A stretch of 64,000 nt of DNA, taken from Asterionella formosa (taxonomy: Eukaryota). The notes beneath the pieces are model-generated. The model did no database searches, was not told the origin of the DNA, and was given only the letters and a program-made list of their open reading frames with translations. Below are positions 1 to 12,399 of the stretch, piece by piece; the stretch's first letter is position 1; each line of letters begins with the position of its first letter. Location of the stretch: the NCBI GenBank assembly GCA_002256025.1, contig NKIB01012477.1, positions 1 to 64,000 of the forward strand, in the 5' to 3' direction. The translations under genes were made by a program, and so were the position numbers.

Positions 1-3
1 GTC

Positions 4-182
4 TGTTAGGCTGTTGATGTCGACAGGTGTCCGAAGACTAGGTAGTCTGAGGAATGTCTAAACGGAAATAGACAGGATTTATATAGCAGAAGAATCTGCA
101 GACGAGCGGCGTGAGAAAGATCTTGACCGGTCATTCCAGGGCAGTACTGGAGCGCGCTAGAGTAGCGCCATATATTTCAACA
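4..182. mobile_element. Short LTR-like segment (TGTT...AACA termini)
   Basis: Begins TGTTAGG and ends TTCAACA; TATATAA on the minus strand. No target-site duplication or internal region is visible, and it lies at the window edge. Confidence 0.3.
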
Positions 183-190
183 GGGGGGGG

Positions 191-2115
191 CACCCCGCAA
201 CGTTTTGTGTGACCAACCCTGATCAGGATAACAGTAGCTGTGATAACTACAGCCGTTCCATTCGCTTGACCGTGGAAGTATAGGACATGACAATAGGTCT
301 CTACAATCAATAATATCTGAACCCCTTCTTTTGCACTAATGTTTATTTGGACATGAGGGGGCTGTCATGGCTGAAACTAACTATCTATTTTTACCCCTAA
401 TCTATTTTTTATGCATAGCTTGATTTTTCCTTGTCACAAAATGTGCTCCCTCTGGGACGGCTGCGCCTGTAATGTACCCATCCATTGCGTCGCTATCCCA
501 AGTAGTAAAAAGTGATGAGCAAATCCGGGGATTGAATAATTTGGTGTTCCGAAGATTAATTGTCTGCTCAACCGTGGTGCTGTCCATTGTCGTGTCATTT
601 TCCAGTGGAGGTCGAGCTCCTTGTCAAAGTTTAATCCCACTTTTTGTCCAAGGCCTGTGGACCAATTTCTCCATGGTTTGATTCAGAGCTAGTAACGTCG
701 CTTTATTTACCCTGCAGGCTTGGGAAGTTTGGGCGGAGGAAGACCTGGGATGCGATTTCACTTGCGTGGTGAGTTGCTGACCATCATGCAAAAACGCATG
801 AATATTCCTACACATCGTACATTAGCAGAATCTCTCGATGAATAAGATTTACACGAGACGATAAGATTGCAAATGTACTTGTGCTATAGATGAAAAAATC
901 AACGAGGTTGATCGAAACAAATTATGGATAGCACCACACTTGTTGATCATTCCATCTTTATTTTCAAGGTTGTGAGTCGATAGTACCACACTTGTTGATC
1001 ATTCCATACTTATCTTCAAGGTGGTGAGTTGATAGAGGCCTTTTAGGAGAAAAAAGGAATTGAAATGAATAAGATTCAATCCAGAAAAAAATTATCGAGG
1101 TGAATCAAGTGACATTTCCAAAACATCTTTATGTTAAATGCATGGTATGGAATTGAATAAGATATTACCCCTTTTTTCAATCTTAGGTAATGCTGTAAGA
1201 TGTACACCACTCCGGTGAAACATTATTTGTTCAATGTTGCAATCTGTCACTGTACAATAATTTAGCCTACTATATGTGATGAGAAAAGCATTCATGATTT
1301 ATTTGATGAATGATCCCTTTTTTGCACGTGCAATTAGTTGAGAGGGCTTTCCGATCGATGCATTTTCTTACCTGTTTTATTTATTTGAATCAAAGTAATT
1401 GCAAAATGCCCAAATTTCCAGGACTCACAACGTTTATTTAAGCCAAATGTCCCCCATATCAACAAGGTGCGGACAGGTTTATGTTCAGAAGTAGGTGAGA
1501 AAACAAAATATTTCGTTTGAATGATTAACTTAAATTAATTCAAAGTTATTCATTCTTTTTCGCTAATGATATGACATCTCAAGAAAAATATCGGAAAAGT
1601 TAATTTTCGAGGATTTAACCAGAAATAATAAGGAAATTTATGTCAAAAGAGCGCCACTGGTTATCAACGGATCAGAAAATGCGAAAGCTTAGTTTTAGGT
1701 ACAGTGACACAGTGTGGCTTGTTGTACTAACAGAACAATTGTCATCTAGCCTAATGCTGTGCAGGCGACGCAGAAGGGAGCAGCACATTATGACAATCAA
1801 AGAGAAAGCTAGAAATATCGAGCTGGTTGTAAGTTAGTTAACACATTTATGACAAGGAAAAATTAATCTATGCATAAAATTAGATAAGGGGTAAATATGT
1901 ATTTCATGTACTTAAGTTGTCTGTTTCAGCCATGACAGCCCTCGTGCCCAATACATAAAGTGCTAAAGAAGGGATTCAGAGTATTGGCAGGTACACATTC
2001 GAGTACATTGTCATGTAGCTTCCACGGTCGAGCAAATGTAAGTATTCATCCCAGCTACTGTAATTGACTCACTGCCTGGTAAGGGGCGGGGTCACACAAA
2101 ACCTTGCGGGGAGTA
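191..2115. mobile_element. Non-autonomous element with long (~260-280 bp) diverged terminal inverted repeats
   Basis: About 191-446 is the reverse complement of about 1841-2115: ccccgcaacgttttgtgtgac / gtcacacaaaaccttgcgggg; gctgtcatggctgaaac / gtttcagccatgacagc; atgcatagcttgatttttccttgtca / tgacaaggaaaaattaatctatgcat. The interior has only broken ORFs. Confidence 0.7.
927..1035 (+). repeat. Tandem duplication, ~52 bp x2
   Basis: gatag(c/t)accacacttgttgatcattccat...ttcaaggt(t/g)gtgagt repeated head to tail. Confidence 0.85.
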
Positions 2116-2124
2116 ATCCCTCTT

Positions 2125-2660
2125 TGTGATAGGTTATGACTTTCTCCAGCTTTAGGTCCATCGGGTACGTTTGCCATAATGGAGGTAGTGCAACTATGTC
2201 AAGAATATAGTATACCTATCAATGGCTTTATAGTATGAGTCACGAGAATCGTAGACTTGACTATAGTCCAATGAATCAAAGATCATTCGTTTGTCAAGAA
2301 ACTCGCCAACGAGATTGATGTTTAAGAACAATCAGAAGAAGTTTGCATCAGAATTGGATGAACACGAAGAACAGGCTCAAAGTTTGCAATGAATGGGATT
2401 TAAATTAGGTTAAAAGAGAGATTATTAATTAAAGAAACAGTGAGAATTGACAGAGAAAAGGTCTATATAGCGTTCTAGGAAGAGAAGGAAAAGGATAAGG
2501 ATAGGCATAAATGTACCTAAGTAGTATGCAAACAGGTAAGTTCTTACATATAGTAGGATACGTAGTAGGCCTTCTTAGTATAGATTTTCTTTTGAATTTA
2601 ATAATTAAGAGTAAAAAATTGTGACGCAGTAATTTGGTATATTTACATTGCCCTCCGCTC
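2125..2660 (-). mobile_element. LTR (~520 bp) preceded by a polypurine tract
   Basis: Minus strand reads GAGCGGAGGGCAA (PPT-like, 2660-2648), then TGTAAATATACC at 2647, and ends CCTATCACA at 2125: canonical TG...CA termini. Confidence 0.55.
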
Positions 2661-2664
2661 ATGT

Positions 2665-3531
2665 CCCCTCAAAAGCTATGTAACATCAAGTCGTCATTCA
2701 TGTTTGTTGATTTGCTGCTTCCCTCTCCTGCAACTTGAACCCCTTGTTACCTCACCCTTCTCCTCCATGAAAGTCCTTGGCTGGTATCTGCATCCATCTG
2801 TGCATCCTTTGTTCATAGTAGCCCAGATATAGTTTGCAGAAATCCCATCGGTATTGAATTGTTGCAGGTTTTTCATGTCCATCAATATAGTATCCTTTTC
2901 TTCCTTGGTGCATGTTGGAATCCCAGCCGAGTCATCCAGCGATAGACAGTGGAGGGGCTAATGTAGTTGTAAGTCCATGTGTGATTAGAATTTGATTCAA
3001 CTTTGACTTTTACTCCTCAAAGTCCAAGTCTTGCAACACTAACACTCTGTCTGCTCTTCTTCTTCCTCAACAGGTTCATTGAATGTCGAATCAACCAGTG
3101 CTGGTAAGAAGGCTTTGTCATATATATATTCCGAATGCATTTCGATGGAAAGGGAATCCAAGTTTTCTTTGCCATATTGGTGAATGTTCATGCAGATGTT
3201 GGGTTGGCGTGCAGGAAGGGTTGGCAGATAATTGGGAAAGCACTCTCAGTTGGAATTCGCGGTACCACTTGGAGACGATGTGTGCATGTGTGGCAAGTGT
3301 GAGTCTTGGTTGGTTAAACTTTTAACAGCAGGTTGAAACGTTTCTTGGCTTCAGGAGAGTCCCAATTTGTTGTGGTTGTTTGTTTCTGGATGTCGTTCTT
3401 TTTGCTGCTAGGAGCAGACGATTGCAGGGAGGATGATGAGTCTAGTAGCTGGATTTCGTTGATCAGTCCCAAGTCTTCGACTTGAGACAATGATGAAGAT
3501 GTAGCTAGTTCTGATCATTCATCACTCCCAT
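2665..3531 (-). pseudogene. Degenerate IS630/Tc1-like DDE transposase, N-terminal part
   Basis: Manual translation across stops and frameshifts gives WDSPEAKKRF ... YGKENLDSLSIEMHSEYIYDKAFLPAL ... GYYIDGHEKPATIQYRWDFCKLYLGYYEQRMHRW. This resembles the YxDGHE...YR..F motif of fungal/stramenopile Tc1-like transposases. A TTTGCAG acceptor at 3532 precedes it. Confidence 0.55.
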
Positions 3532-3921
3532 CTGCAAATAGAAAGCATCATATTCGTGTGATGCATCTTATGATGGCAATCATATGATCATATAAATTCG
3601 ATTTATCATCTAATATGAATAATATTTATCATCACAGAGAATATTGTAAGCATATATATATATATATTGATACATGTATTTTTGTATGTATGCCATATCT
3701 GGCTGCAAACATCAACAACTGCTCAATCTGAATTTGAATCATTTGTATTGCATTAGTAGGACAGTCGTACATGGGGGTAAGTGTACATATCTGCTGTAGC
3801 AAACTATAGTTTAAAGACATGATAGATATACATATATGCATATGCATGTTCAATTCTACTTGTGTGTGAGTACTGGTACCAGGTACTACTGTCTATTGTA
3901 TCATCTATTGTACTATGACCA

Positions 3922-4180
3922 ATATGTTGCACAGATATTTTTGTATATAAACGTATGTACATGATTGATTTGAATTTTAATCATGCCCATCATGGGGATA
4001 CCTATATATGTAGCACACATATTTTTGCATGTAAACATACCATACCAGTATACGATTGATTTGAATTTAAATCATGTCCATCATACTAGTGACACCTATA
4101 TACCTGTATGTTGCACAGATATTTGTATGTAAACGTACTATGTGTACGATTGATTTGAATTTGAATCATGCCCATGATAG
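3922..4180 (+). repeat. Diverged tandem repeat, ~85-100 bp x3
   Basis: Unit tatgttgcacagatattt...taaac...gattgatttgaatt.aatcatg.ccat occurs three times. Confidence 0.8.
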
Positions 4181-4214
4181 GGCTAGGGTTAGGGAGTGAC
4201 TTTGGAATATCTAA

Positions 4215-4490
4215 AGGTGATTGAGGGTACGCAATATCACATACCGGTAGTCATACAACAATGTGGCATTGGTATCCATGGTTATTAAGGGGACGCAATA
4301 ACACTTTCTCGTTCAAACCAGGTGACATTGGTATATATTGTCACCTCATACTCAGGCTACAACACGTTCTTATGCAGACAAGGTGACAACAATGGTATCT
4401 ATTGGTGATGGAGGGGACTTAATAACACCACGTTGTTCTTCTCGTTCAAACAAGGTGATACTGATATCTATTGTCACCTCGTACTTAGGT
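4215..4490 (+). repeat. Diverged ~55-60 bp subunit repeat
   Basis: Recurring ggtgacattggtat.tattg, ggggac..aataacac and ttctcgttcaaac.aggtga motifs. Confidence 0.6.
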
Positions 4491-4806
4491 TAAAAGTAAG
4501 TTCAAACGAGCTAAACAAAGTTGTTATCTGTGCTCTTATTTATTGGCAATCATATCTAACCAGAAAGTATCATTTGTAATTTTTAAGTATTAAGATATAT
4601 TCATCTTAAAAGTAAGATCAATAAAGCTACAAATTGTTATCTGTGATCTTGCTTATTGGCAATCATATCTAACCAAAGTATAATGTATAATTTTTTAGTA
4701 GTAAGATATATTTATGTTAAAAGTAAGATTTAAAATAGCTAAGAATTGTTATCGGTGATCTTATTTATTGGCAGTCATTTCTAACCAGGAGGTATGATCT
4801 GTAATT
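4490..4806 (+). repeat. Tandem repeat, ~110-117 bp x3
   Basis: Unit ttaaaagtaag...ttgttatc.gtg.tctt...tattggca.tcat.tctaacca starts near 4490, 4607 and 4717. Confidence 0.85.
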
Positions 4807-5854
4807 CATAACGATTGATTCAAGCGATTCATCTACTGGTCAATATTTTATGATTTGTTTCATATGAAAAATGTCGTATGACTCCCGGTAATTGAGGGGC
4901 TTAGTTAAATTACTTACTTATAGGTACAAGAATTGATGCGGAAAAATTCAAAGACAGTACATCAGGTCGTGGAAAACAATGATATCCTCATGCATTTTAT
5001 ATGTTTGAATTATGTATAACTTTAATTGATGATAGTTTACACATAACGGGTATATATATTATACATTTTCAAAATTTTATAAATGTATGCATAGTCTATA
5101 TTTACATTTGAAATCATGTTTAGAGGTTCCTTGTTAGGCATACAGGTAACACATGATCCTGAAATGAAAGATAATCTCTGCCCTGTGACAAGGAAAACTG
5201 AAAGAACGACGCTTCATTGCACACAATGATGATAAACCTTGCGGCTTAGAAGGATTGAAAATGGAAGAGTGAATGGAATCTAGCTATGGTATGTCAAGAG
5301 CACATGCCAAGCAAGGTGGCTGATCAATTGTTGTGTTCACAAAGACAAAATGATTGCCTCCTTCCCTATCAATTCAAAAGCACATTTCGCATTCAGCGGG
5401 ATACCACCAATGTCGACCAAAAGCTTGTAAATGCTCTTGTTGGATCAATGAGCCACTGTTAGAACATCACTGACACATGTTTGTTTTTCAATCTTTCAGG
5501 ATAATTTCAATCAAACAGTTTTGTTGTAAGTCATAAATGACATTGGTGGAACTGTTTATTGATTTGAATTTCTGTGATCATTGACTGACACATTATTTTA
5601 CTGAGTTATGAGAAAAGTTCATCGATTTCTGGTAAGTGGAGCATGCTAAAATGGGACTGCAGTGTTGAGATATAAACAAAACATGGCTAATGAGCGAGTA
5701 ATTACTTCTCATTGTTAGTATGATTAGGAAATCGAAATGGATAAACAGGAACGGAGTAGCGCATGCGAATTTAGAATCGGATCAAAAGGGAATGGGATTT
5801 TCAGGAGCAAGTAGTCAGACGAGTTTCAGAATCAGAGTGGAAGGGAGGGGAGGG

Positions 5855-6035
5855 GGGAGTCATGCATCAAGAGCTTTGAAGGCAGGAGGCAGGGGGAGGC
5901 AATGCATCCTCAAGAGCATTGAAGGTAAGCGAGGGAGGCAGGCATCCTCAAGAGCATTGAAGGGAAGCGGGAGGCATGCATCCTCACGATCATTGAAGAA
6001 GGGAGGCGGGAGGCATGCATCAAGAGCATCGAGAC
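5855..6035 (+). repeat. Purine-rich minisatellite, ~36-39 bp x5
   Basis: Unit gggaggcatgcatcctcaagagcattgaagg..agc. It accounts for the repetitive ORFs 5720-6040 and 5910-6212. Confidence 0.85.
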
Positions 6036-6828
6036 AATAGAAAAGGGGAACATTGGCTGTTTAAGCAAATGCACAAAATGTAGAAAAATAAAAATGATTT
6101 CGTGATATAACAGTAAAATTACGACAATCCATTTCAACCTATTTTTAACAGCTATTTCGATTAGAGTTACCATCATATAAGGATAGATATATGATAAAAG
6201 AATGTACATCATAGGATAATGTTTTGATAATTATATGGTGGTTTCATTATAATGAGTAAGCTTAGCCTGTTCACTTTCATAGTATGCATTTATCATACAG
6301 ATAACGAAATATGTATCATGCACAGAAAAATTCTGTGCCAGTTATCGTATGATACCCCTGATCTTATAAGTGCCATATTTTTTCTTTGCAGACATCCCCC
6401 CTAGCAGTAATAGTCTTCTAGTTGTTTCTCTGCCTTCTTCTCCTTTTTGTTGTTCACTTGCCCTTCTCCTTTTCCTTGAATTTAATTCATCTCCTGACCA
6501 ATCATAGTGATTTTACTATTTGAGGAATCAAAGGCAGTATGTAGAGTCACTTCATTCTCTAATACCGGTAGTTGAGGTGAAGTACTACTACCAGAACTAG
6601 ATGAATTTACGTGGTGACCATAACGAAAATTTTGACCATTATTACCCTGACTTCCACTTCTTAGTAGCCTCTTCAATGGAACACATTTCTCTTTCCATTC
6701 AGATGAATTACCGTATGTAGGAAGCTTAGGAACCGCTGATACTGCTTTCTTTACTGTAATGTAAAAAATCTTTACCTCCTTTTGCCGTTCGTTTGATATA
6801 TGTCATGTAATTAAATTAATCAACAAAG

Positions 6829-8404
6829 ATGCCATTTTCATCTCTAATGGCAACAACAGAAATGAATTTTGGGAGGAGGGATTCTCAGCAGCAATTATTA
6901 TCACTACTAGCTACTCATGGAAAAATGATGCTTTTCATCACTTGTAAACGACTTGCGCAATGGCATCATTTGAATCTTCAGACAAGGAAACAGGATGACC
7001 AGTGGGTTGCATGTATAACTCCTGCTGATTTTTTAATTGACAAAGAATGGTCTTTGACGACAATAAAAGACATGCTCATTCAACAGAGCGATATCGCTAC
7101 AACAACTTGGCTATATTCGAGACATGATGGAGTACAACAAAGAGTCATCAAAAGAACCAAAGAGGTATCTGAAAAGAAACGGCGCTCCCTTGACTCCTGA
7201 AACATCAACAAGGTTGTCTCCTTGCCTAAAGAAGTATCTGAAAAGAAAAAGCTCTCCGTTTACTCCTGATTCATTAACAAGGAAGCATGTCTCCTCGCCT
7301 AGTACTACTATCAAAGCAACTTCTACAACCAGAGAAGGTATTGCCAATGACTCGCTCAAGTACAGATTCCGAATTATCTCCTTCCCAATTGTCTGCATTT
7401 ACATCTCCAGTTCCTTATTGGATGACGATTCTGAAAGATACCACCAGATTATTAAGAAACAGGGACGACCTTCCAAGAATCAGAGGAAAAGAAAGGCTGC
7501 AACTGCTCCCAAATATATCAAGAAGCATGGCACATACTATCGAGTAATTAATGTTTTTCTTCGATGAGAAACATCGGCAAGATATTTTGTGTCTTGGGAA
7601 TACACCAACTATGTGTGAGTTGGATGCAAGGAAATTTCCCCATAAAGCAGTTTGGGACAAGTTATTGGATACCTACATGGACATAGACGATGATACAGTT
7701 GGATCCATGGCATTCAAACACAGCCATCCAGTTTGAATACCACGGAAATGATAATAACTATCCCCTCACTGTTGATGTGTTGGATAGCAAACAATTTTCA
7801 GAGGTTATGGAATTTCTAAATACGCATTACAAGATCTGTTTCAATAATAACAAAGTTTCTGGTCGACATGATAACTTTGAAATTTTCACTCAAAACCGGC
7901 CTTATTGTTTGTACTATCATTTATGGCTTCAACAGGTGCCACATTTCCGTGCCTATGAAGTACCAAGTTTAAGTGATGGTGTTGCTATGGACAGTCTGAT
8001 TCACATTTCTAGGATGATTTTGCCAAGCTATCTGTTCAACGAAGAAAAGGTAGAAAATATGGCAGCAACGAGTTTGAAAACACATCCAAATAAGGGGTCG
8101 ACACGCTCATAGAACTTTCAAAAGCAAATGAGCGCCATACACAAATGACACTTGCCTCTCAAAGTTACAATACAGAATTTTCTCGAGCAACTTTTTTGTA
8201 AAACAAGAGAAGAAACTTATTGATGTTGTAAGTATGTACCGCGAAAAGTTAAAGGAAGCTCGGACTGAAGTAGCAAGCAATGAAGTGTCACAAAAATGTG
8301 ACGGTAAAGAATATCAAGAGAATGTCAGTTTTGTTGAATTTTTCGAAGCACTTTCTGAGGCTATGGATGCACTGACAAAGAATTCTGTAGCTCTAAACAG
8401 CTGA
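6829..8404 (+). pseudogene. Frameshifted transposon-associated ORF (possible Harbinger-type accessory protein)
   Basis: Overlapping ORFs join into one plausible protein: TYYRVINVFF-DEKHRQDIL...ELDAR...WDKL...Y...SGRHDNFEIFTQNRPYCLYYHLWLQQVP. This resembles a stramenopile family I recall occurring beside Harbinger transposases. The assignment is from memory only. Confidence 0.45.
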
Positions 8405-8773
8405 AGAGGAGGATGCATCTAATCATAATTAGGTTAACAGTTATATTTCTACATAGTTCTTGTTATTACCCAACTCCTTCCAGTTATAGTTTGTCTGCTA
8501 CATTAATCCTATTTCAGTCAGTTCACGCCATTGGCACAACACATTAGCCGGATGTCGCCTCTAAGTAAATCTAGTCGTGGCTGTGTACATTAGGGGAGAC
8601 CGAAGCACGGGATTTACGGTACCAGTGTAGTGCTATACCGGTAAATATGAAATACCGGTAAGTAAATATTTAAGTACCCATTACAGAAGCTCGAAATATG
8701 TGGAGATCGTTGGGTCGCTTTGGGGCATGGGGCGCCCTGGTCGAAAATATTGGCTTAAGGTTGCTGCATTTGA

Positions 8774-8808
8774 AACCCTAGGCAAAAATTAAAATTTTGC
8801 CTAGGGTT
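8774..8808. repeat. Perfect 14-bp inverted repeat (hairpin)
   Basis: aaccctaggcaaaa - attaaaa - ttttgcctagggtt. Confidence 0.85.
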
Positions 8809-9616
8809 ACCAAAATTCCCTGGAATTAAGAATTTAATCAGCTATTTTTGAATGATGTGATTCCATTTGAAATATTTAAATCAGTGGAAATTTGCGATAA
8901 CATACATAGATTCCTTGTCGAAATCGCTAACTATATAAATAAGCATTCCACATCGCTGTATGTGTATATACACCCTAAAATGCGATCAACATACCGGTAT
9001 ATTCAAAGACACTATATACTCCTATTGACGATTTTATGTACTAACAATGAATCCGATCGACATATTCAAATCAGCTTATAATTAAAAATTTAGAATACCG
9101 GAAATAGTCGACAATCTATACTCCGATCGACGACTACTATGTGTCATGCATACGACCAAGCGGGTCGGCAAATATTTGAAAGTGCACTCAAGGAGCGGTA
9201 TGCGAATTTCCAATGATGATCATCTACTGGTACCCGTCGTGAATATAGTAGTACCGGACTGATGTCAGTACACCCAAGAAAATGTTACAATGTTTATCCA
9301 ATGTGGCCGGCGTGGGTTTGCAAGACCTCGCAAACCAGGCCAATCAAACAGAGGAATGTAATTCACGTTCACCAATCATATTATTTATGTGGAAGCGGGC
9401 ACTTACAATGGAATTTGTTGGACAGGAGATTTTAAGACAAAAAATTCCGGCACACGACTACCATTCCGATGATAAACATTTCGGCATTTAGTAATTCTGA
9501 ATCCGACATTTTGGCGACCGTAGAAAAGGCCGATTTTGTCGAATTTTCGGATGACAATGGCTAAACATTGGCTGGGTCTGAAGGTGATTTCGAAAAATAG
9601 GTACCTTTCAAATAGC

Positions 9617-9781
9617 ATCAGTATATAACTTCTGGCGAGAAACTGCAGGAAGGAACTTCCGGTTTTTTTATCAAACCAAGCAAATAAACAGATTTCCCCC
9701 GAATTTTCGAGTCTTTTTAGCCTAGTTTAAAAAACCGAAGTTCCTTTCTGCAGTTTCTGACCAGATCCTATATACTGACGA
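9617..9781. repeat. Imperfect ~55-bp inverted repeat with ~57-bp spacer (MITE-like or abutting termini)
   Basis: catcagtatataacttctggcgagaaactgcaggaaggaacttccggttttttta versus taaaaaaccgaagttcctttctgcagtttctgaccagatcctatatactgacg. Confidence 0.8.
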
Positions 9782-10029
9782 TATATTCAGTGGACCTACA
9801 CCCTTGGTTTGTCCGAAGACTGTATTTAAGCATATGGAAATGGTGTCTATTGGTGAAAGCTCCGTTGAGCGTTATACACAACGCCCTACGGGAGAGATAG
9901 AAACAAATAAAAGCACGGTAGTTGTACTAGCTAAATATTTAACATTGTAGAATCACACGCAAAAATGTAGTCTAGTATGCTTCAACTCCTCTTGACTCTA
10001 GTTTAGTAGTTTAAACTGATACTATGGGG

Positions 10030-11993
10030 TTGACAGTAGCCCTCTCCTCTCTACAGACACGAGCAGATGCTCTAACAGCATTTCTCAATCCCTCTTAGTC
10101 TAATTTCATGATATTCACTGGTCGAGGGTCAGTGAAATACCTCAGCATGTCTTGGAGCTGCTTGTTTGTCCACATGGTAATTGTATCCTCATTATGTATG
10201 GCTGCATCAATCAGTGGAGTTATATGTGGCAAAATTGAAAGCTTCTTCTCCTCCTATGATGCTACCGCTGCCACCTTCTTTCTCTCCTTATCCTGGGTCT
10301 TAACTTTATTTGCAATGATTGGCCTTGTTGCTTCCTTTCCCCTTTGATTTTCTCCACGAATCTCGCCAACGATAGACATGACTTCATTCATCTGTTTAAT
10401 TCTTTCCATTTGACTTGCTGAATTCAATACCCTTGAGTAGCTGGCCATATTGCCCTCCAACATATTGATTCTCCTCTTTGCAATCTTCTTCTTTGCTCCA
10501 ACACCGATTGCATCAGAAATTACAGAACCGTGCAATACATCTTTCATTGTAGGTTGTAGCAGTGAAAGTTGGTCCCCACTCATAGATATATCAAGGAATG
10601 CTGATGGTTCCAGATTCCTATCTAGCTTATTCTAGTGTTGCTGGCTGACCAAATTTGTCATGTGATCAAACCAGACTTTCTGCAGTACATTGCAGTTTCG
10701 GTCTTCAGTGTACTTTTTCACCATCTTTTCGGGTTTCCAAGAAGCCCATTCAAATTAATCTAAGCAGGTTAGGTTGGTTGCAGCTGGCCGTAATTCTGTT
10801 TGTGGTACTGGTACTCCAGGTGGGCCTGTTTCTTGTTTTTGGTCGGCAACACAGACACTGGGATCATGTTTTGATACCATATAGGAAGCACGCATTTTGG
10901 GCACATCCTCCAGTGATCCAAATTTAAGAAGGGATCACAAATTTGCCTTGTTCCATATTGGAGATCCAGGGTCGACATTGGCTGGAAATCGGTCAATCAT
11001 ATTTACCGGGACATGTCGATCTTCGCAGCTGAGATTCTTCCACAATGCAGGCATAGCATCAAAAAGGCTCCTTGTTGTGCTTTGCGCACTACCTTATTCA
11101 TTTATAAAGAATCGTTCACCACATTGAAGAGATCCATCAATTCTCTGAAGCCACTCAACAAAATCTACCCTGTAGTCTGGGTGAAGGTTGACCCTTTTGA
11201 AAGAGGAGATCCATGCATCTTTGCCTACTTTATTCAATGCATTACAGCAAATCCCGATAAGATCCCACTTGTCTATGACTCCAAGCTTGAATCGGATTTG
11301 GTCAAGCAAGTCAAGTATGTTTGCCTTGTCTGCCTTAGCAACAGATTGGTCATAGGGCTGATTGACTGCAATTGTGTCTCCTTCCTCCCTGACCACGAAG
11401 ATTTAATGTTCATGAAAGACTTTTAGTGCTTCACTGACATTAACATGACTACCGAAGCCATCAAGAGTGAGAACTACCCACCAGTTGGGGCGCTCATAAA
11501 TGATAGGCATTTTCCGAATAACGTTTGAAAGGAAAGGAACGACTGTCATCCAGGTCTCGTCAGTCATGTATGATGATGGGGACATTATGACTTTGGAACC
11601 ACTGGGTGCTCCAAATTTAGCCTCGAGATTTTGAAGAGGATTAACTGTCATTCTCTTGCCAGATGCAAGAAAGATCCATGGACATTTTGAAGAGGATTAA
11701 CTGTCATTCTCTTGCCAGATGCAAGAAAGATCCATGGACCACTGGAACCTGCTGCATTGCCGATTCTAACAATTGGAATTGAGTCCCGACAATCATCAGT
11801 ATTCTTTTCTTGTTTTCTCTTTGACAAGCGTCCCATCACTTTAACTGACCCAAGGTTTGCCATTAAGCCAGTAGTCTCATCGACATTACACATAAAATGG
11901 GCTTTCAGAGCACTGAACTTCTCATTTGGATGGTTCAGTTGGAGTTACTCTTGTCAAACAGATTCCATGTTGCCGTGCCAGCGGAGCTGTCGC
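10030..11993 (-). pseudogene. pogo/Tc5-like (DDE_1) transposase, catalytic and C-terminal exon, disrupted
   Basis: Catalytic-triad motifs HFMCNVDETT, VLTLDGFGSH and VNQPYDQ, plus GSSGPWIFL, SSYMTDETW and WISSFKRVNLHP. Several stops and frameshifts. Starts after a TTTGCAG acceptor at 11994. Confidence 0.85.
11628..11739 (+). repeat. Perfect 56-bp tandem duplication inside the pogo transposase
   Basis: attttgaagaggattaactgtcattctcttgccagatgcaagaaagatccatggac x2. The length is not a multiple of 3, so it shifts the frame. Confidence 0.95.
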
Positions 11994-12399
11994 CTGCAAA
12001 TAAAAACTATCATATTTCCATGATGCATCATAGGATTGTGATCATCTGATCATAATATTTCGTTATATCATCTAATAATTTTGATAAATGCCTTTGTAAT
12101 TTAAATAGTAACCCTTTTGACTACATATATATTTAAATATTATATGTATTGTTTCTATTTGATTCCTGTATTCGAATTTCTTGGTAGGATAATGTACCAG
12201 TTCAAGTAATGTAATTTGGCTCGTCATTTCCATCCGTCATCACTCCGATTTTTGCAACAACAACGAAATACTAGCGATGACAAGCGGAATGAATGTTTGC
12301 GATAACGTCTTGTGATCATGATATCTTCGAGTAATCGTCATGTGCAGTGAACCTTTGTTCATAATCATTCAATTAAGAGTTTAAAGGAGAGAAGAAATC

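Noticed and set aside
402..815. Possible tyrosine recombinase (Crypton/DIRS) fragment from WDSDAMDGY
   Set aside because: No R-H-R-H-Y catalytic pattern recognisable; one short motif is insufficient.
5160..5520. Possible transposase fragment
   Set aside because: Translations in all frames gave no convincing motif.
5855..6035. CRISPR-like array of ~37-bp repeats
   Set aside because: Units are contiguous and degenerate with no unique spacers and no cas genes; an ordinary minisatellite in a eukaryote.
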